DNA of 56,626 nt, filler included, from Basidiobolus ranarum (taxonomy: Eukaryota): NCBI GenBank assembly GCA_040143965.1. It is 6 parts of 6 records of this genome, joined end to end, with 100 filler letters (N's around TTAATTAATTAA, not from the genome) between each part and the next. Parts side by side here need not be neighbours in the genome. Positions count along the whole stretch, not along the records: positions 47,292 to 56,626 come from JASJQH010007715.1; 5 more parts are not named here. One strand, given 5' to 3'. The notes beneath the pieces are model-generated. The model did no database searches and was not told the DNA's origin. It worked only from the letters and a program-made list of their open reading frames with translations. Below, in pieces: positions 49,883 through 56,626 of this stretch. The position numbers and the translations under genes are program-made. Every line of letters begins with the position of its first letter. Positions within the stretch are counted from its first letter, which is position 1.

Positions 49883-50851
49883 GTCGCTATGGTTGGCTTG
49901 TATTTTGAACCTTGATTTATCTATTTGATGTTCGAATTGATATGTATATATCCGTCAATCGCTCGCTTACTATTAAACACTTGAATATGTTTCGTGAATA
50001 CAGTTTAAATGGCTTTTCTTTCACCAGGCTTGCAACAAATAAAATCCTAGCTAACATCTTATGAAATGCTTGTCATTGGCACAACTGATGGTAGCCCTTC
50101 TCAATTGCAAGCAGCACACTCAATGCTCCTGTAAAGAGGCGATTTCGTGTAGCATTGAACAATGGTTATACCATTCCATAATGGACTAAGGGTTCATGCT
50201 TTTTGGATACCTCGATGCGGCAATAGTAATAATAGCAGGAGTGCTCATTTACCAGGTTATTACTTTGAGATCTGAAATATCACTAAAACGTCTGTAAGAT
50301 ACAACAGGTGTATATTATTGAACTTGTTTCTCGATAATTACCAGGGTTAAAGTGCACAGTAGAGAAATCGGATGAGACATGTCGGTAGCTAATTACTGAG
50401 TCTCACTAGATGATGAACTAAAGTACTTCTGAGAAGCTACATCTCCCAAGAAATAGTATGCTAACTCGTGTAGAACGGCAATACTCATCTCTAGAAATAC
50501 AAGATCCGGGCATAAAATAACCGGATTCGAGAAACGGATTATAACACTAAATCAGTGATACACGTGCGTATGGACTATGATTTGTGACAAGCCGTTGACA
50601 ATCATGTAATACGCATAAATAATATGCTGGTTTCGGAGTTGAAGGCGTATAAGATCGTGGTTCCGATTTTAACTAGTGCTTGTTTGTGTGGAATACCGTA
50701 ACCATAATTTGTATTTAGTTTAGAATCTCTCGCTGTATTTCCAAATTTTAGAAAATTTACCCTAGAAATTACTTATTTTTAACAAAATAGAAAAGCACGT
50801 CTGAAAATAAGCAGTTTATCTCTAGTAGAAATACAAACGCCTTGAGTCAGC

Positions 50852-52090
50852 ATGTGTACTCAAGATGCTTTTCATTCATTACCCTGGCGTCTATTCAAGT
50901 TTTTAGACAAGTCAGAACTCACTACATATTTGTTGGTTAAGCTTTTGGTTTGTGACTTGAAGTACCAAATACAAGTCGTCAATCTAAAAACTCAACAAGT
51001 GTGGGAGGAAACTTTGGAGGATAAGAATATTTTAGAACGTGGAAAAGTATAAGAGTATTTATGAGGGGGCTTCAACAAGTTGTATAATATATACTTATGC
51101 ATTTTTTTCTCTTGCATAGCAATATAAATCACATGTTGAATTAGATACTCCAATCAAACGCACTTCCTTTCTAAAACTACTTAAAGATTTGATAAACCCA
51201 GATAAACCTGGTTTAGTATGTTCTCTTAACGAAGATTCGAATCAGGTTAGATGGTATTTTTCTTAGCGTATATAGTGCAAACATTCTTATAAATGTGTCT
51301 TTAGCTTTCCCTCGAATTTTCCGCTAAAATGAATCGCTTTGTGGTCTTGAGCTGGATTTTCGATTGCCAAGTACTTCCACGAAAAGAAAGTAGCGCTCTC
51401 ATTTACGAGCAATTTATTTTACCAACCTTATTATTGGCTGAAGAGCGCGAGGAACGGCTCCAGCCCCAAATTAAAGAGATAGAAGACGGAACCTCGAATA
51501 ACGGTAAGAATAATGTTTTCACTCATCTTCATTATAGCCATAGGGCTCAATGCATTGGTTGATTTTTTATAGAGGAAAACTCAACAGACGATCAGTTATC
51601 TTCGTCGTCCAAAGTACAAATACACAATAGCTACATATGTAAAAGAAGTTTCGATCTAACAATAGCTTTCCTATAGTCTGAATATCACCTACTAAAGAAT
51701 GCCTTCGATATGAAGCCTATGAATGGATACAAAGTAGGAACACAAACCGATTTTAAGCTCAGCTAAGACAGATTACTCTTGTACTTATATTGAACTGGAT
51801 GTTGCTAACCTTATTTCGTTACAGAGCTTGGAATTTTGCCAAACACAGATTCACCAAAGATAGTTATTCGAACCCCTTCACAACCAAGGGCTCATACACC
51901 AGATAACACAACTTTAGATAAGGTATTGGCAATTCGACCGCTAGATTCTCTGTACTTTAGATTTTAACTTTTATCAATTTAGAGGGTTGAGGATAGTGCG
52001 AAGCAAGAAATCATAAGACGACGAGAGTTAGAAAAACGCCTGATAAAAGAGCACGATACACCGAAAAAGAAGCGTAAAAGATTAATCTAG
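50852..52090 (+). CDS. XLF/Cernunnos (NHEJ1)-like non-homologous end-joining factor
   Basis: SLPWRLF..YLLVK..QVWEETL..ILERGK, LSWIFDC, LIYEQFILP match the XLF head domain pattern. The basic C-terminus EIIRRRELEKRL..PKKKRKRLI* resembles a Ku-binding motif. About 7 exons; one junction is ambiguous. Confidence 0.72.
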
Positions 52091-54528
52091 GAAGCTCACT
52101 ACAATATTGGAAAAACGATCGTGTTTCCATACCATGGCGGAAGGATCACTTTCTAGTTGTGATTAAAGTCATGGTGTTCCCATTTGCTGATACATAAATA
52201 CATAAACGATTACTGACCTAATGGAACCTATTTGGCCGTATAATCCTGCATGTATTGAATATTTACATTTGTAAAGTAGGAATCCTAACGACTCCAATCA
52301 TATGGAGTGACCATACTTTATCTCGACCAGCCAATGTAAGAATTTTTAGTCAAGTGAATGTGAAATTGAAAGTGAAGCAAAGGATAGTGCCAACCTCTAG
52401 TATTCAAACTGTATACTTTTTTGAGTGATTTGTGAATCCTTTAAAGCAGTATAACTCTACCAAACTGCTATACATCAGAGTAAATTCCAAAGATAACCTT
52501 GGAATCTTGCGCAGTCAATATTCTATTCAATATTCAAAATATTAGCATTCTTACCAAGCCAACCTTTCACAATACTTATTCATGCCTCTCAATGAGCCCA
52601 TACCAACTCTTCAAATCAAGGATGGTTGATTAGGCGTATTCATACACATTCCAGCTACTTTGACTACCAACATGAAGTCGACTGAAGCTTGGAGATATTA
52701 GTCGATTCTAATGACTGGTGTATATACAAAACCGAATTGTTTCGATATACTCGGCTAGCTAGTTTCAATTATCTTACATCAATAAAGATATAATCAGCAA
52801 ATACCTGCTCCTAGTTTGGAACAGCTATCTTGTATCTTTTTTTATGAACTTTTCCCTCTAGAGCTTGTCATGTTCAAACTCAGCTTTGTCCGAATACGTA
52901 GAAACATTTGTTCTTTCAGGATTTTCACGCTGTTACATAAGATATTTCGCGTCATTACACAAAGACCGGTGATAATGCCGGACAGTCCAAATATACATAT
53001 TATATATATGAATGTGAATACTTAGTCGAGAAAGTTAGATTACAAAGATAAATGGGTAGTATTCTTCGCAGCAATCTTCATGCCTCAAATATTGATTGAA
53101 AACAATATACAAATCAATAGGCGGACCGCTTACTTTTTAAAGTTTTTCTTTAATAATGTACAGTCTTAATAGCACATATTCCAGTTCGTACATATATGTA
53201 TGTTAGATTATTAAGATGAAATCGTTGTATCGATCTTAAATATTATGAGCATTATTTCCCAGAAATTACATTGACATACAATGGCTTAAGAGTTGAAAAA
53301 TAACCAACAGCTTCAGTATAAAAAGAGAATGGCTCTTAAACGCTTCAAAATATTTGGCATGAAAAAAGAATCGCTTTCTTTTGAGAAAGACAGTTTCACT
53401 CCAGGCAACCTTGCAACCTCCAGTCATGGAGTCACAAAAACCGAAGAGTCATATATAGATAGGACCACAGTGAGCAATATTGATTTTGTTTTTTCAAAGA
53501 CGGATAGCTAAGTTGTGACGATGACCAATACAGTTGGCTTCACTTTGGATCGTTTCAAATTTCACTTAGAACTTCGATAAGTTCTAAATGATTGCGACAA
53601 TAAATATAAAGCGGCTGAAGATATTCATCAGAGATATAGCAAAAAGAAACAGGGTGAAAATAGTGGTCAAACAAACAATAGCCGTGATCTCTAAAAGCTG
53701 CCACTTAGCCGTAAGAGCACAGTAGCGGACATAGAAAGATGAGAAGTAGGCTTATTAGAAAGAAAAATGGTACAGTAGGTGGCAAAAAAATCCAGAAAAT
53801 CGAAAACGAAATGTCCAAAATGCCTTTGGACGGCAATGAGTTGCCTGATGTTTGCAACAGTTAACGTCAGCATTGCCAGACCTTTCGAGATTTTTATCGT
53901 TCTAAGAATGAAGCGACGAAGGCAAAGTTTCTAGAAATTCAAAACAAACGATTCTGCCGAAAATTATGGTACATCCGAAAGACAGTTCTCACTGTACCAA
54001 GAGACACTTTGGTGGCACTGGCAATCGGCTTGTCGTGTGTGGCAAATCTTTTTTCAACCAAGCCTTTCTCGCATTCCAATCGGGCTTCAGTCAATTCAAT
54101 ACTGGATTGTTTAAAATTACCTCTTTCTTCCTATCTGAAATAGAATGACTGGGTAGTGACGGCGTCACTATACGAGGTAAAAGTCAAAAGCATCCGAGAA
54201 AATAACACGAACTATATTGTGTAACAGTATGGAAATTTAAAAGCTAAATTCTGGTCCATATACGTGCCGGTCGAAATCTAAAGATCAGGCATTATTTATG
54301 GTTTATTTATATGAGTTAAACCAGATAATAAGATTAATTTATAATCTTACTTCCATCTTTTTAATAGGCGATTCTCAAAATTAAAAAAGTTCAAAAATTG
54401 ACATGAAATGTTCAGTTCGCGAAAAAAAAGTGTCCGATATAAAGGTGATATTGTTGCTTCTAATTTGGCCTTTAGGCACACAAGAAGCGGCTTCTTTTAT
54501 CAACTTACTATATATCCGAAAATAGAAA

Positions 54529-55961
<1,433 letters not shown>

Positions 55962-56379
55962 TCCATGATGGTATTATCCTCTTGGACAGCTTATATATCT
56001 CTGTTTATGGTCTCCCTCCTTAGTCTAAATGTGGGGTCTGCAGCTTTCTATGGTTGAAGACTTACTGAGCATAGCACAATTGTGTTATACTTGTTAAATC
56101 TACGTTTTATTTCTAATAGACATACATTAAAATTTATTATATCATATATTTTCAACCATTGCGATCGTGAATCTTTAATCATTGAAACAATCAATGACAC
56201 ATCAACTACATTCTAGTTTTGTACTTCAGTGGGTGAAAGCTTGACTTGTACAAAAGAGGCCGATGACGTTGCCACAGCACAAGCTCTATGCTGGGATTAT
56301 ACCATGATGGCTACATAAAGATGCACTCGTCACTCTGGTCTTCCAATCTAGAATGTTGGTTTCAAAGTCGGTATGATTT

Positions 56380-56590
56380 AGCGCGCTTGCTATAGACAGC
56401 AGGTTTCAATGAGCATCAGCTGACACTGACTTTAGTATGGCTTTGGGGGAAAACGAGGCTGACTACTCGAGGTGGCGACTCGGGTAGCGTAATAGAGCAA
56501 TTGGATATTGGTCTATCAAGAAGAATTGGTTGGCCATTGATGAATCAAGTCGAAGATGGGACTCATCAATTTCTTGGGCTGCGAGCTAGC
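56380..56590 (-). CDS. Possible 3' exon(s) of an unidentified gene entering from beyond the window
   Basis: CpG-normal, GC-richer stretch bounded by splice-like signals (TATATAG acceptor near 56590, GTCAGT donor near 56430). Frame unresolved. Confidence 0.3.
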
Positions 56591-56626
56591 TATATATACA
56601 CAATTAAAATCCAAACTTTGAGATTA

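Overview
Eukaryotic, intron-rich, AT-rich fungal DNA. The gene content and short introns suggest an early-diverging fungus (Zoopagomycota/Mucoromycota-like; inference). The window is not contiguous. It is six ~9.3-9.4 kb contigs joined by identical 100-nt N-TTAATTAATTAA-N linkers and ordered by decreasing length, so adjacency across gaps has no biological meaning. Contig 1 (1-9369) and contig 4 (28391-37742) are CpG-depleted transposon graveyards. They hold nested, decayed copies of one Ty1/copia family (352-bp LTR, Ty5-type half-tRNA-iMet PBS), CACTA/Tnp2 remnants and a tRNA-derived pseudogene. Contig 2 has six tRNA-Arg(UCG) genes in 4.5 kb, an mL46 gene and the 5' part of TUP1. Contig 3 has a cluster of three divergent, paralogous, intronless ~77-aa genes (remotely CsbD-like, each with a TATA box) and a Kel1/Tea1-like kelch coiled-coil gene. 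Contig 5 has RPL29, a Tctex-1 dynein light chain, a GPS2-like gene, a TCP11/Sok1-like gene, an STK16/Env7 kinase and the 3' end of an animal-type glutamate dehydrogenase. Contig 6 has a gypsy integrase fused directly onto a 5'-truncated NAD(P)-binding gene, an XLF/NHEJ1-like gene and TRM61. The best candidates for something undescribed are the small-protein trio (about 19960-23190) and the GPS2-like gene. All calls are by eye; no searches were run.
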